Source: Eremomyces bilateralis CBS 781.70
Lineage: Eukaryota
Reading direction: 5' to 3' (one strand)
Assembly (NCBI GenBank): GCA_010015585.1
Contig: ML975151.1
Length of the DNA stretch: 64,000 nt
In this document: one piece after another, positions 12,044 through 25,293 of the stretch
Layout: every line of letters begins with the position of its first letter
How positions within the stretch are numbered: the first letter of the stretch is position 1
The notes under the pieces: model-generated
Seen by the model: only the letters and a program-made list of their open reading frames with translations
Database searches by the model: none
Told to the model about the DNA's origin: nothing
Program-made: the position numbers and the translations under genes

Positions 12044-14557
12044 TGTATCTCCCTAACCATTCATAAATTCCATGGAAGAGGATCGTCACTCACCCACTCT
12101 CCCATTGCTAGTCTTTGTGTTTTAATTTTTATGTCATCTGGTATCCCATTGGATGCCGCAATTCTAGGCTCGTTTCCTGGCCCACCAGCGTTGATACATG
12201 GACAAGCATCAAGGGGATGGTGCCGAATTTCCGCTTCGGCAATCGGAACCAAACCCTTCCAGGATACACTCTCGGACAGTCGGCCGAGTTGTCGCCTTTT
12301 TAGTCCAACCCAAAATTATAACCTCTAATTACATAGTAAGGTCTTGCTTGTGAGTCTTCTGGAGGAATTAGGAATCTGTAAGATGAGTAAGATCGTATGA
12401 GTCAAGAATCCTCGGCGGGAAGTCGGGAATGGATAGGGCACGAAGGTCGCTTGGCGATGCTGATACGGTGCAGATTGTACAGCAGATCCTAACCCGATCC
12501 TGGTGATTCATCATGCTCCATGCTTCCTATCCTGGTATTCAATGCCCTGAAGCGGGTCAGATGAGCCATGCTGTCGTACGCAAGATGTACAGTAGTAGAG
12601 TGAGTTGTGCTGACTTTTCAGGGTGACGACGTCCAAAAGAAAAGCGAAGTGTAGCTCTGTCCATGTCCGACATCAACCTCGATATCGATGCAGATGGAAC
12701 CGAATGTAGACGGTGATCATGGTCCCACCGAGGTTTATAATCCCATTGAAAATTTGATCGGCACGCGGCGGCATCGGGAATATGTACGTCCTACAGTCTG
12801 ACATACAATATGGTGGCTTGCATTTCCAACCGGAGGGTAGCGGCATCAAAGATCACGTCTCCCATACCTTTTCCGAGTACACCAGGTGACCAGGACATTG
12901 ATTGAGGAAGGGTAGGAGCAGTTATACCGAGTTGAAGACCCCTAAACAGTCGGATGATGGACGAGATGCCATTCCACTCTCCAATTTTCACCCCGTGCTC
13001 GTTTTAGTGATTGGGCGAATGTGTTGAAAGGGGCAGGTAAAAAAATGCCCGAGTGGTAAACGGCCCTAAAACTGGTGATGCTTAGCGTGCCGGTCAGACC
13101 GGGACGATGTCATCGTTTGTAAGAAAGTTGTAACAAAGTATTCGACCATCACGTCGCATCTGGGACCCGGTCATCCAATGTCAAGAAGACTAATACCTGT
13201 ACCTACTAATAAGATGAATTTGACTTGCCCGAAAATCCGCAACATGGAGACAGCGGATCAATATCGCACAACCTATTCCCAAAAAAAACTCAATCTGCCA
13301 ACTTCCCAATCCTACGTGTATCTCCAATCCTCGTACTCCTTCGATTCCGGAACCCGCACGCTCTCCCAGACTCCGGCGCAAAAACCTGCTTGGTGTGGAT
13401 CCGCCCAGTTGATAGTCACCGGCAGCGACTCGGACCGGCGGGTTCGTCACTGTTTGAGGCACTCCCTTTGCATAGCTAGTAGAGGACCGATCGCCCATCA
13501 TTGGCGCGTTTCCGGTTTGGAATTGGGACACCCCGCGAATTTCGACTTGTCGAGGCTTGGGGCTTGCACGCTTCAGGGAATTTCGCCGATCTTCCCGCAT
13601 CTGATCGAGGGCTGATGACATCGTTGGCCGAAGCGGACGTGTTCCACTGCTGAGTTGATCGGTTGATATTCAGGGACATCACTCTCCAGTCTCATACGCA
13701 TCAACTCTGTCGTCTCGACATTTTCTATACCTATCACGATCCGACTCTGTCCATAGCAGTCGAGACAGTCTTTCTCGATCCTTAACACCCTTGGCGACGT
13801 CACCACGGAATCGAGCCGATCTTTCCATCTCCCTGGTCCCTCACCACCGATTTTCGACAACGCATGAAGCACACAGTGTGACACGGTTATCCGTAATCGC
13901 AATCTCGCAACCACACCGACAATTACACAACGACATTCTCGGCGATCGCTCGGTCTCTTACACCATTCTGGCTGGGTGTCTTGGAAGTCGTAATTTGGGA
14001 ATTGTATCTCCGCCCTATCCCCCCTGGCACCGTCGCACGCGGAATGAGTAACAGACTGGTGACCCTCCATCACAAGCCTCTTCCCGGTCTAGGTCAATCA
14101 ATCTGCTTCGAGAGCTGCGATTCGTGGTAAGTCCCGCACCTCGTTTTTAATATCGCTTCTGTGTTTGGTATTTATTCCACCTTCAGGGCGCGGGTCCGAT
14201 CTTCATGTTGTATGTGCTTCTGGTTTCCTTGCTCGGGTTTTCTCTTCATGGCACGTCGCTCCTGGTTGCGCATCTGGGCATCTATGTCTGTGGTGCTCGA
14301 ACTTCCTGGACTGCACCGCTTGCTACATCGTCGCGAAATGCTGTACGGATAGAGGGCCACAGGCGCACGATCTTGCATTCGGACAAACCAATTGTGCTGA
14401 ATGCTGATGGTGGTGGCTTTGTCGCCCTGTCCGCAGTTGTCGACATACCGCTTTAGGCGGCTTCCCTGTGTTCTTCACATTACCTAGTTGGGACATTCTA
14501 ATCCTCGCGTTCCTTATCTTTATCTGTTATTTTGCCGTCACCTTTGAAGAAGCCCCA

Positions 14558-17500
14558 ATGGCTTCCCAAACTTCCCCCGCATTGGAGCCCTTGTATGAGG
14601 AGTACCAGTATACGAACCGATCGCTAAACTACCCGACCATGGCAGGATATCTCCCCGTACACGCGCAACGAGGGCGACTATATTACCTCCCATCCGACCT
14701 GCCCAGATCACAGCGCTTGTCTGATCCCGATCTTCCCGCATCCAACATTCCGAGACTCTTCACTGCTCGCTCCCGCCGTCCTCAGCGCATCCACGTCGAG
14801 CGGGTCCGCCTTTCCACCCCGTCGGAGCCTCCGAGTGCGAAAGCGACCCCCTACTTGCGGAAATCGACCACGACGCTCATCGCCGAAAAGTTCAATCTGG
14901 CGGTCAGCAAAGAGAGCGCCAAGCGGTTCCTTCGATCGTTCATCGCCCCACCTTCGGCACCTAGGCCAGACGACCCCCCATCCCACCCGTCCTTGAACCG
15001 GCTAGAGACCACCGATATCAGACGGCCGGACGAGCAGGTCGCTGCTCCTTCCGGTCGTAGAATCGGTCGATCCGCCTCGTCTCGTGGAGAAGGCCGCCGT
15101 CCCGACCGTGCTGCTACATCGTCGAGCTTCCGCCACTCTCTCGCTGGTCCCATTACCGGCGCTCCATCCGCCATGTCTCTCACATCCACTCTAATACCCG
15201 CCGTCACGCCTGACGTGCGGGTGCTCAGTCCCCATCGGCCCCCCCCTACCAACCCTCCTGCCACGATTTCGACTCCGGATCCGCGGCCAACGGTGCTGAG
15301 GACAACGAAAGTGGAGTCGGAGGAGAAGCCGATTGCGAGCGGAAATGGCGTGAGCGTGTTTATCTCCTTGACGGAGCCCGTCTTGTTTTTGCAGGGGTTC
15401 GAACAGTCCGATTCGGGTGGACGAGGGACAGCGATGCTGCGGGGAAGTTTACGGGTGAAGGTGACGAAGCCGTCGAAGCTGAAAGGGGTAACCCTGAGGT
15501 TTAAGGGGAAGGCGACGACGAAGTGGCCAGAAGGTAATTAGATTAAACGCCTCAGCTCGAAGAACGCGAACTAATTTGTATCTGCAGGAATTCCGCCTAA
15601 GAAAACCGAGTTTGAAGAGACTGACACGATCATGTCGCACACTTGGCCCTTCTTCAACGCACAATTTCCAACCGCGGAATTAGGGCCCGGGGCAGATCAC
15701 TTCGAGCTCTTTCCCAACAAACTGCCGTTATCTTCCACGAGTACCCCCGAAAGCAGCATGACCATGCATAAAAGTCGTGCGTCCTTCGACATTCGCCGCA
15801 TCTCTCCACCTAGCACGGCGAACGGACTGAGCAAGTCGGAACAGAAGCGGCTATCGCTTCAAGTGAACCAATCTCGAAGTTTTAGCAAGGACGAAACCCC
15901 CATAAAACCGGGGAACAGCGGGTCCAGCGTGTCCCAGAAGGGATATCGCACTTTCCAGCCGGGCGAATACTTCTACAATTTCGAGCTTCCTTTAGACTCG
16001 CATCTTCCAGAAACCCTATCCGTTGATCTTGGCTCTGTCGGATATACACTGGAAGCTGAAATTGCTCGCGCCGGTGCCTTCCGCGCCAATCTGGTGGGCA
16101 CGAAACCCGTGGTGCTGATCCGCGCGCCTTCGGAAGGCAGCTTAGAGCAGGTGGAGCCGATCGCCATCTCGAGGAACTGGGAGGACCAGCTTCACTACGA
16201 CATCGTCATTTCGGGGAAATCCTTTCCGCTCGGGGCCCAAGTCCCTATAGCTTTCAAACTCACGCCGCTCGCCAAGGTCACTTGCCATCGCATCAAGGTT
16301 TATGTGACTGAGAATGTGGAATACTGGGCACACAACAAGCGCGTACATCGGATGGAACCAACCCGGAAGATCCAGCTGTTCGAAAAGCGTGCCGACGCAC
16401 GCGCCGTTAGTACATATCCCGGGAGTACCATGCGGATATTATCAGGTGGTGGTCTAAACTACGAGCAGCGGCAACGAGCAGCGATGGGAGAGCCCGTCCA
16501 GCAGGGCTCAGATCCTGTGAATCTCCTAGGGAACCTTGACGGAGAGGCGTCCATGGCGGCCGGGCCAACGGAAATGGAGTTCAGTGTCCGGTTGCCGACG
16601 TGTCGGGAGCTGAACTCGCCCGAGTCGAGAGGGAATAGGTTGCATTTCGATACGACCTATCAGAATATCCAGGTGCATCATTGGATCAAGGTACGTGTTC
16701 TCCGCTCCCCAAGTCATCCCATATTTTGCCCATATTAACGTTTCACCAGATCGTCATGCGCCTCTCTCGTCCCGACAAGAATGACCCATCCAAACGCCGC
16801 CATTTCGAGATCTCCATCGACTCCCCCTTCCACATCCTCTCCTGCCGCGCCGTGCAAGCCAACCTTGCCCTACCGGCCTACACCTCCGAAAACTTCGGCG
16901 CACTTATCGAGCAACCCAACCTCGCCACCTGCGGCTGCGGTGGCGCCGCTGCCTTGTCCGCCAACCACGCCCCCGGCTGGATGGCGGAAGCGAGCTCTCG
17001 ATCGAACGCCGTGCACCAGCGCGACTACCCACCCCCGCCGGCGTCCGAACCTGGCCTGTCGAACGCGACGCTGCTGGATCCATCGTCCGCAACGTCGTCG
17101 CAGCCGTCATCCGGCCGGAGCACGGCTCGGAATTCCGCAGTGCTGTCCGGCGTTCCCGAATCGCCAATCACGCTTCCACGACCCGAAGCAGCGCACATGG
17201 CGGGGGGGACCTCGACCTACACCTCAACCCCCGTANNNNNNNNNNNNNNNNNNNNNNNNNNNNNNNNNNNNNNNNNNNNNNNNNNNNNNNNNNNNNNNNN
17301 NNNNNNNNNNNNNNNNNNNNNNNNNNNNNNNNNNNNNNNNNNNNNNNNNNNNNNNNNNNNAACCCCCACCCGGGCGACCCCTCCGCCCCCTCTCGCCCCG
17401 TCCACCTCATCCGCACCCCCTCCTTCAACCCCCCCGCATTCTCCCTCGCGGACTCTGACCCGCCGCCGCCCTTGCAGACACCGCCGCCGCACTACGAGAG

Positions 17501-17753
17501 CATCGCGAACCCGACGACGGGGCTCGCGGACTACTTCCAGCGGCTGAGCGACGCGTACGCGGGGGAGAGCGGCAGCGACGACGAGGCGCCGGCGGGGAGG
17601 AGGAATCGTGTGGAGGTGCCATTGACGCCCGGGGGGAGGAGTAGCCGGAGTATGGATGGGGTGAGGTGGTGGTTTGGGCAGCAAGGGCAAGGGCAGCAGG
17701 GCCAGGGCCATGGTCAACAGAATGATGGAGAAGATGTAGAAAGGCGGACATGA
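14558..17753 (+). CDS. Alpha-arrestin (ART adaptor, probably Aly1/Aly2-like), interrupted by an assembly gap
   Basis: Motifs ISLTEPVLFLQGF, AMLRGSLRVKV, YNFELPLDSHLPET, ISRNWEDQLHYDIVISGK and RRHFEISIDSPFHILS. PY-type motifs LPAY and PPPHY. Introns 15534..15587 and 16691..16749, plus a probable 5'UTR intron at 14127..14436. Confidence 0.9.
17236..17360. other. Assembly gap (125 N) inside the arrestin CDS
   Basis: Run of N. The coding frames on either side differ, so the gap length is only an estimate. Confidence 1.
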
Positions 17754-18375
17754 CGGCGAAGATAAGAACGGAGAAGAACGGAGATCTTCACGACAAAATA
17801 TAGAATGAGCAATGACTTTCGATGCATCTAACGGCGATTTATGATGGGTATTGGCAGGGACAACCGGCTGACATTTGGCGACGGCGCGGCGGCTTGGAGC
17901 GACTATATTCAGTTCTAGATCATAGGTTTGGTTATGTGAGCGGGCCGAGATTAGTTAGCGATGTCTATGGAACAACTTGTATATAGTTAGATACTCGTAA
18001 TGCAGGCCTGGTTGCTTGTCGTGGGTCGTCAATGGTGCACATCGCATCTTCGTAACTAAAATATTACTGTGGCAGCTAGGAGCACTTCCCTCGTCTAAAG
18101 TAGTCAATCGCCTACTCCTTTTCAGAAACTTGATATATTAAGTCGTCGAGGATCATGATGCTTGTGATTGTTACTTCATAGGCTCGTTTTGCTTGTGGGA
18201 CAACGGCACATATACCTCGGAATTCTGATTCATGAACAGCAGTAGATGCTCGGACTGATAGATGAATGCGGTGTGCCGGATTTCCCGCTATCTCCGATGT
18301 GCATATATTGTGTAGTTTAGCTAGAGGACTGCCTCCGAGTTCGTATCATCTTCCTCGACTTTCATACCTAGCCCA

Positions 18376-20865
18376 CTACCAACCCCAACCCCAATTCAGC
18401 GCTTCTCCCTGCTTTCCCCACCCCCTCACCACGGCAATCAGCACGGCCCCGACGAACGACACTCCGCTCAACAACTGCACCGTCTGCCACGCCACTCCGC
18501 CGAGACTCCCTACCCTCTCTTTCTCTGCGCGGCGCGCCCACGCCGGGACTCCACTGTCCCCCAGGACCTTCCTCCGCCGGCGCCTGGCCTCGGGGTTTCG
18601 TCCCTCCGCCCCCCTGCTACCACTCGACCCCGCAGGCGGCGGCCGCGCGAGGACCAATTCCTGCTCTCCCTGCCGAAACTGACCGACGACCCTCCCACAA
18701 ACCCTCCCCGCAACCCTCCCATCCGATCTGCTCGCAGCTCCCACACTGGAACTCGATCCCATCCCTCGCTGCTCATCCGGACGTCTCCCATCACCCTCGC
18801 AGATCACGAGCCCCCCCCTCGCCACCTCCCGCTCCAGCTGCCGCGCCAACCACTCCGCTCGTTCATCGCCAGTAAGCCGCTCGTACCGCTCCCGCTCCGC
18901 GCTCACCGTGCCGCGCAGTTCCGTCGCCCACCGGGAGAGGCGAAGTTGCGCGAGGCGTTCTTCGCGTGTCACGTGTGCGCGGAACGCGGCGGCGGAACCG
19001 GGAAACGCTGCCGTTATAGCGGATGACGAAGGCGATGACGAGGGGGCTCTGGGTCCTGAAAGGGGGGATGTGGGGATCCGAGAAAAGGGGGGAGGGATGC
19101 GGTCGGTGGCGCGAGGGTTGACGGCTAGTCCGGCGCGCTTTCGCCACTGGACGACCTTGTGGGCGGCAGAGGCGCGGAGGTAGGCGATGTTGTCCGGGTG
19201 GAAGAGCCAGTGGACGAGCGGGTCCAGGTCGGAGGGGTGGAGCGGGGCGAGGTAGGTGCTGGACATGAGGAGGCTGGCGTCGATTTCATCGTCGGGGCCA
19301 GGGGCGGAGGAGACGACGTACGGCGCAGTGGGCACGGTCGTCGAGAGGAAGGAGGAGGAGACGGCGCTGTCGATGCCGGAGGTCGCGGCGTATTCGCCGA
19401 GGTTGACGGGGCGGACGCCGAATGAGTCGGGGCGGTGTTGGCGGATGGGCAGTGGCCGCTCGAGGGAGACCGTTTTGACAGAGGATCGTTGGAGTAACTC
19501 GGCAATCCTGGCATGATGGTCTCCCAGCTGCTCCTCGGACAGGAGATCGCAACGACTGATTATGGGGATCACGTTGGTGGACTGCGCCAGTCGCTCGAGC
19601 ATCTGCATCTCCACGTCCAACTCTTCCTGGTGGCCGAACAGGAAGAGGACTAAATCGACCTGGCTTCCATTGCCGCACATCAACTGCAATAATTCGGTGT
19701 CGCTCATCGTCGCGGTCGAAATGCTCTTGAACGATTGACCTTCGACGTACCGCAGCAGCTCTTCGTCTCTTGCACGGCCAAGCCCCGGAGTATCAACGAA
19801 TGTAATATTCCTGTCCAACACATCCGTGACGCTATTCCTCCTCTTCGCCATCCCCGCCCCCTCATTCAACTCCGCCCACCAACCCGGTAACGGCCTCGAA
19901 CTCGCCGCGATCTCCGTAATCCTCGTCGTCCCGGACGCACCCCTCCACTCCATCCCCCCACCCCAACTTCCTCGCTCCTGCACCGGGTCTATATGTACGA
20001 TATCCTCACACACCTGCACCATCGACCGGATCAGTGACGACTTCCCCGCCCCCTTCCGCCCCACCACCATGATCTTCAGCCGCCCCATCCGTCGCCCTAC
20101 GTCCGTGAACGGTCGCCGCGCGGGCATCTGCAGCGACGGCATCACTAGCTCCGGGATGCTCAGCGTGCTTTCCCGGCCCACCGTTCGCCGACTTCGTCGC
20201 ATGTGCATTTCGTCGCCCTCCTCGCCGCCGGAGGTGACTGCCTGGCTCGCTACGTCGTCGTCATCGTCGGTGTCGGACAGCCGTAGGCTCTGCAGCGATA
20301 TAGACTTGGGCGTGCTGGGCGCGGCGGAAGGGTGGGGGGAGAGGTTCGGCGTGAGGGGCTGCGACAGCGAGGTTTGGGACGGGCGGCGGAGATGGCGGGT
20401 GGCGAATCTGGTGGTGTAGTTTGGAGGGAGGGGTGGAGGGTCCGCGGGAGGAGTGGGGCCTTCCTCTAACAGGAGCTCAGCCGTGGAAGGGTCCGTGGAG
20501 GTGGAGGGGATTCCACCGCCAGCTGTAGGGCTGTCGATCGTTTCATCGGCGACTATAGAGAGAGGGGTGGAAGTGGTAATGGGAGAACCTTCTATTGCCT
20601 CGAGCGACTGCACTCCGAAAACGCTAGACGTGTCTTGCGTCCCCGTTTCGTTTCCCATGGTTCTCACCGTAAAGTCCCGACTCTGCTCCTCCTCCAGTTT
20701 CCTATCCTCTTCCGTATCTAGGTTCATCTCCTCTGCGCTTCTGATAAAGAATTCCGTCGGAGCCATATCGTCGGATGCACGTGGTGTAGTTGCGTCGGAC
20801 GAGCTGGATTTCGGTGATCGTGTAGGCGGTCCACGGCCGGTCTCATTTGCAAGAAATTGCGGCAT
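18376..20865 (-). CDS. Septin-like GTPase with a long disordered N-terminus and a C-terminal hydrophobic helix
   Basis: Single 829-aa ORF. G1 is GRKGAGKSSLI, G3 is NITFVDTPG and the G4-like motif is TNVIPIISRCD. The C-terminus contains LLSGVSFVGAVLIAVV. Confidence 0.8.
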   Translation of the reverse strand: MPQFLANETGRGPPTRSPKSSSSDATTPRASDDMAPTEFFIRSAEEMNLDTEEDRKLEEEQSRDFTVRTMGNETGTQDTSSVFGVQSLEAIEGSPITTSTPLSIVADETIDSPTAGGGIPSTSTDPSTAELLLEEGPTPPADPPPLPPNYTTRFATRHLRRPSQTSLSQPLTPNLSPHPSAAPSTPKSISLQSLRLSDTDDDDDVASQAVTSGGEEGDEMHMRRSRRTVGRESTLSIPELVMPSLQMPARRPFTDVGRRMGRLKIMVVGRKGAGKSSLIRSMVQVCEDIVHIDPVQERGSWGGGMEWRGASGTTRITEIAASSRPLPGWWAELNEGAGMAKRRNSVTDVLDRNITFVDTPGLGRARDEELLRYVEGQSFKSISTATMSDTELLQLMCGNGSQVDLVLFLFGHQEELDVEMQMLERLAQSTNVIPIISRCDLLSEEQLGDHHARIAELLQRSSVKTVSLERPLPIRQHRPDSFGVRPVNLGEYAATSGIDSAVSSSFLSTTVPTAPYVVSSAPGPDDEIDASLLMSSTYLAPLHPSDLDPLVHWLFHPDNIAYLRASAAHKVVQWRKRAGLAVNPRATDRIPPPFSRIPTSPLSGPRAPSSSPSSSAITAAFPGSAAAFRAHVTREERLAQLRLSRWATELRGTVSAERERYERLTGDERAEWLARQLEREVARGGLVICEGDGRRPDEQRGMGSSSSVGAASRSDGRVAGRVCGRVVGQFRQGEQELVLARPPPAGSSGSRGAEGRNPEARRRRRKVLGDSGVPAWARRAEKERVGSLGGVAWQTVQLLSGVSFVGAVLIAVVRGWGKQGEALNWGWGW

Positions 20866-21961
20866 GATTGTTAATATAGTAGGTGTCGGGAACCGTCAGC
20901 TGGTTCAGCTGTTTGAGCATCAACTGCGGTACGGTAGAGTACTAGTATACGGAATGGGGATGGATGTCCCACTCCGGATGCGGGGCAGGGACAGGAGGGG
21001 CTCTAATGACCGTTCAAGTAGAGGCGAGGCGTGGGGCCGGCCGTTTTACGATATATTATGGGCGTTTCCCATGTATCGGCTGATGCTAAGGGAGAATCCG
21101 AGAGAGAGAATTAGCGGTGTTGAATGAAGAGGTTAAGATCCGATGTACAAACTGTTATCAGTCAAGCTTATGCATGGGTGATGCTCCTAGACATGGTCAC
21201 GCTGCCCCAGGCCTCCAGTACCACCATCCCTGGCTTATGCATTCGTACGCACCGCTATTGTCCACAATTAAGTGTTATATTGGTACCATACTTATGTGTA
21301 GATGCCTGATCCGCCATGCCCCGCTGAATTGAACGTGCTATAATACATGGAATTCCGCTCCCATCTCCACCATTCCTCAGCTCCTCGCCTCGTCGACCCT
21401 GTCCCACGTTATGTTCGAAGTCGCATAGGACGACCGCTGCTACCACGTTTTTCACTATATGTTCGTATCCAAGGACCACCGTCCTCTCCGAACCATCCGC
21501 TCGTCGCTCTCCGACCGGACCGAGCATGGAATCAAAAGCGAGGAATGTCAGCGCGACCGTGAGTTCAGCAAGAACCATCTAGAGAAAGCGTAAAACATTC
21601 GAAAGAGCAGGATGCGCGCTATGCAATGAGAGCGGCAGCGTCGAGGGATTGAAATTCGAACCCCTAAATAATTGCAGGAAAACGTCCGAGCTTGAATCCG
21701 TCGAAAGTACGGAAGAGAGCAACGGACTTTTGATGGAAACCGCCCATGAGAAACCCAACGCTTAAGCGAAGAGCAAAGAAAAGGGAATTAGAAGCAGACG
21801 AACGGTAAGGCGCATCGACGTGGTGGGGAGGAAAATCAGGAATCTTGGAATCGGTGCGAGAGTCAGCGCCTCGCTTCCATCGTTTCAGACGAGGCCGTAA
21901 TATGCGTGACGAATCGATGTCGCTCCTCATGATAGCTCAGACGCCAAAGTTTTAATGGTTT

Positions 21962-23629
21962 CTAGGCAGTCACTCCTTGACCACCTCTTCCGCCAGTGCC
22001 ACGGCCGCCCTGCACACCTCCACGGCCCCTGCCTCCCTGCACGCCACCGCGGCCCCGATCGATACCGCCGCGGCCGCGAGATCCCATCCCACGGCCACCG
22101 AAGAAGCCGCTCGCGGGCCGGACCCGACGCTCTTCCACGTAAACTTGATCGGTGCCAACCTGGTGCGGGTTCGCCGCGACCGCCGCGTTGAAGCCGGCCT
22201 GCGTCGCGAAATCCACGAAAGCGCAGTTCTTGGGGCGGCTGATATCGCAGTATTGGATGCCGAACTTCTCAAGCGCCGCACGGAGCGATTCCTCCCCGAC
22301 GGTGTCGTAGACGTTCTTGATGTAGGCACGAGCAACTTGCGAATCGGCGGGAGCGGCACCGGCGGGTTGCGCTGTGGATTGTCGGTTTGTCTTCTTGTGA
22401 TGATCGGTTCCGGCAGTTTGCCAGCCCTCGGCGGACTCGGTGTCGGTAGGGGTGTCCTTCTTGGATGCGGAGGGGGAGGAAGCTGAAGGACCGTTGCCGG
22501 CGGTGGGCGCACCATGAGTGGCCTCAGCCTTTGGAGCAGCAGCAGGTCGTGCTTGGCCTACGGACGCCGAGATCGCGGGAGTAGCGACCTTGTTGGCAGA
22601 TGCAGCCAATGAAGCCCAGGTTTTGGGTGCAGCAGGCTTAGGTGGTGCCGATGGGGTTGCCGCAGGAGCCGGTTTCGGCTGGGTCGGGACAGGAGCTTGT
22701 TCGGGCTCCTTGGGCTTCACGGGCTCCACGACCTCCTTGGGGGTTTCGACGGCAGGCTCCGGAACAGAGGGGGCAGCTTCGGGTTGGGGAGCAGCGGGTT
22801 CATGCCCAACTTTCCCGTTCCCGTTCACCAGAGCTTCTTTAGCGGGAGCTTCCTCTTTGACGGCGCCTTCGGCACTATCGTCAGCCTTGGTCGGCTCCGA
22901 GACCGGAGCAACTGCTCGCTCTGGGGCAGTGACGGGTTCCTCAGCAGGAGCAGCGGCAACTGCAGCAGGCTCTTCTCCATATTCTTCATCATCTTCTTTG
23001 AGGGAACGGAATATATCGTTGAGGACGAAGTAGCCGTTGCTTTGCTCCGCGAGGATGAAAGAGTGCACAAAGCGGCGCGGGGGCTCCGCCTTGTTCGACG
23101 CCTTCAAGGACATCTCGCCAATAACTTGGATGAGGATCTTGTTGTCCGAGGCCTGCGAGTCGACGTTCGTGATGCGGACCTTGGCGAACTGGCAATCGAT
23201 CTGTTTGATGCGTTCGTTGATTTGCTATATACGATCAGTCATTGAGTTTCGAGTGGGATGGGGTCGTCCATTACTTACCCGCTGTCCGATGCACACCGGT
23301 ACCTTCTCCTCTTCGATGCCATAGATGAATTGAGACCGCTTGTTGTAGAAGAGCTATCAAAATGTTAGACCTGAATGGCTAAGGTAGCCCTCCATGGGCG
23401 ACAGCTGATTTTCACTCACGTATAGCTTCTCCGGGTCATGGCTGAGAGTGGTGTAGTATTGCTCCAAGAACAGCCACGCGACCTGCTCGGCGGGATACGG
23501 CTTGTCTCCCCCGTCGGCAGCGGTGGTGGTAGTGGCATCGCCATGATTGGCGGCAATGATGGCGGATGGATCCTCGCTATGTCCAGCGTAGGAACCATTG
23601 ATAGTAGGTGCAACAACTTCGGTAGCCAT
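21962..23629 (-). CDS. NTF2 + RRM + RGG protein (G3BP/Bre5/Nxt3 family)
   Basis: NTF2 domain VAWLFLEQYYTTL...ILIQVIGEMS...RFVHSFILAEQSNGYFVLNDIFR, then PKTWASLA, an RRM (AYIKNV...CAFVDF) and an RGG tail. Two introns, near 23355-23420 and 23226-23279. Confidence 0.93.
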
Positions 23630-24852
23630 TTTGAAATAGGAGAGTAGCCGTCACGGAGAAACGGCCAGCTGGAATATTATACTGAAGAATTTCGCTCTGG
23701 TAGGACACGGAAGGGCACCGTAGGGAAAGGGAACTGTCACGACGTGTCAGTGGTCTAAAAAGGCTTGAAGACGAATATCATCCGCGCACATACATCAGAG
23801 AGTGTGTGATTGACTGATGTGAGGTGAGTTCGAGAAGGATATGGGATGTGGAGGGTCCACAAAGTCGAGTTGCAAGAGAGGATCTCAAGTGGTGGCGATG
23901 GAAATGCTCGGAAGGGCAGGTTATACCCAATGACAGAAGTCGATAGAAGGATTGGCGGGGCTGAAAATGATATAATGGGGTATTGGAAGTGGTGGGGTGT
24001 CTGCTGATGATGAGAATAGGGAATCAGAAGAACGGTCAGGGAGAGAGAAGTGGGAATTGAATGAATATCTGATGATGAGTGAGTTGAGTGAAGTGATTTG
24101 ATGGAGCGACGGAACATTCGCGATGATTTTCGGTGGCAGAAAATTATGCCTTGTTGCCTGAGGCACTAACTTTGAATATCCATTGGCCATTCTGTTGATT
24201 CATTCATCAGATGATCCCGTCCGTACTATTATTCAGTCTTCGTATTGTAGACACATTAGAATAGGACAAGTTCGCAATATGAAGCTTAACTAAAAGATAT
24301 CAACAAACAAACCCATTAAAGTTTACCATAAAGATTGCTGTCCTGGAGTGGATACTATACTCAAGACCAGGTACCTACAGGCAACAGGAGTGTCTTAAGG
24401 AGTCACTCACCTCTCCATAGTCTATACCCCTCCTATACATCGATGTAGTATTCGTGTGGGCATATTCTCTAACACCATAGACATACATAGTCATGGAATT
24501 GTCGTTGGTAGTTGATATATAACGAAAAGGAAACCTAGAGAATAGTCCCGTCCCCAGCCATCGCTCGCAAAAATCATGCCCATCCAAACCCCAATCTCCT
24601 TTCAAACAGCATTGCAAATCGAAATAACGACAACACAGTGATTGACATCTAACTTCTGGACTCTGCGTCCCGTCTCGTTCGTTCGATGAGCCCGCCAAAC
24701 AAAGCGTACCGAAACAACTAGAACCGTCACCGGAACTTGCCCTCCTATCCCAATGCACTACTGGTAGGCAAACAATCCACCGTCTCCAACACAGAATTAT
24801 TCCTGCATCAATCAAATACGCCATTCGCTCCCTTCCGCACCCGCCTTCACGC

Positions 24853-25293
24853 TTACATAACCTTCTTCTTCTTAGTAAAGCTCGCATCCTGCCCCGAATA
24901 CCTCCGATCCAGCGCCCTCTCCAACTTCGCACCCAACGCCAGCTTCCCGATCTCCTCGCTCTTATCGTCGGAGACGGCGTACCGCTGGTTCTGCATCCGG
25001 GCGTCCTCCATGCGCTGCAGCGAGGCGTGCATGGATTTGAGGTCGGTGAGCAGCGGGGACGCTTTCTCGGAGGGGGTGAGGGACGGGGTGGTGGAGATGT
25101 GCGTGGGCGCGAGGGACGGGGCGAGGGTCGGCGCGGTCGAGTAGGTGGAAAATCGGGGGTTTTGGCTGTAGGTGGAGTGCCGGGGGTTTTGGTTGTTGCC
25201 GGTCTGGAGAGAGGTGAGTATGGGTTGGGGGAGGAAATTCGACTGGCGGGATGGGATACATACAGCGGCAAAGACGTCGATGGAGTTCGTCAT
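24853..25293 (-). CDS. Small hypothetical protein (about 126 aa after splicing)
   Basis: ATG at 25293. Probable 60-nt in-frame intron at 25204..25263 (GTATGT...CTCAC...CAG). Helical C-terminus QRYAVSDDKSEEIGKLALGAKLERALDRRYSGQDA. Codon usage looks coding-like. Confidence 0.8.
   Translation of the reverse strand: MTNSIDVFAAVCIPSRQSNFLPQPILTSLQTGNNQNPRHSTYSQNPRFSTYSTAPTLAPSLAPTHISTTPSLTPSEKASPLLTDLKSMHASLQRMEDARMQNQRYAVSDDKSEEIGKLALGAKLERALDRRYSGQDASFTKKKKVM

Noticed and set aside
17236..17472. Frameshift in the arrestin gene
   Set aside because: The frame change coincides with an N gap of estimated length.
24375..25271. 298-aa minus-strand ORF
   Set aside because: It is an alternative frame over the 24853..25293 gene, starts inside that gene's intron and has an unprotein-like composition.
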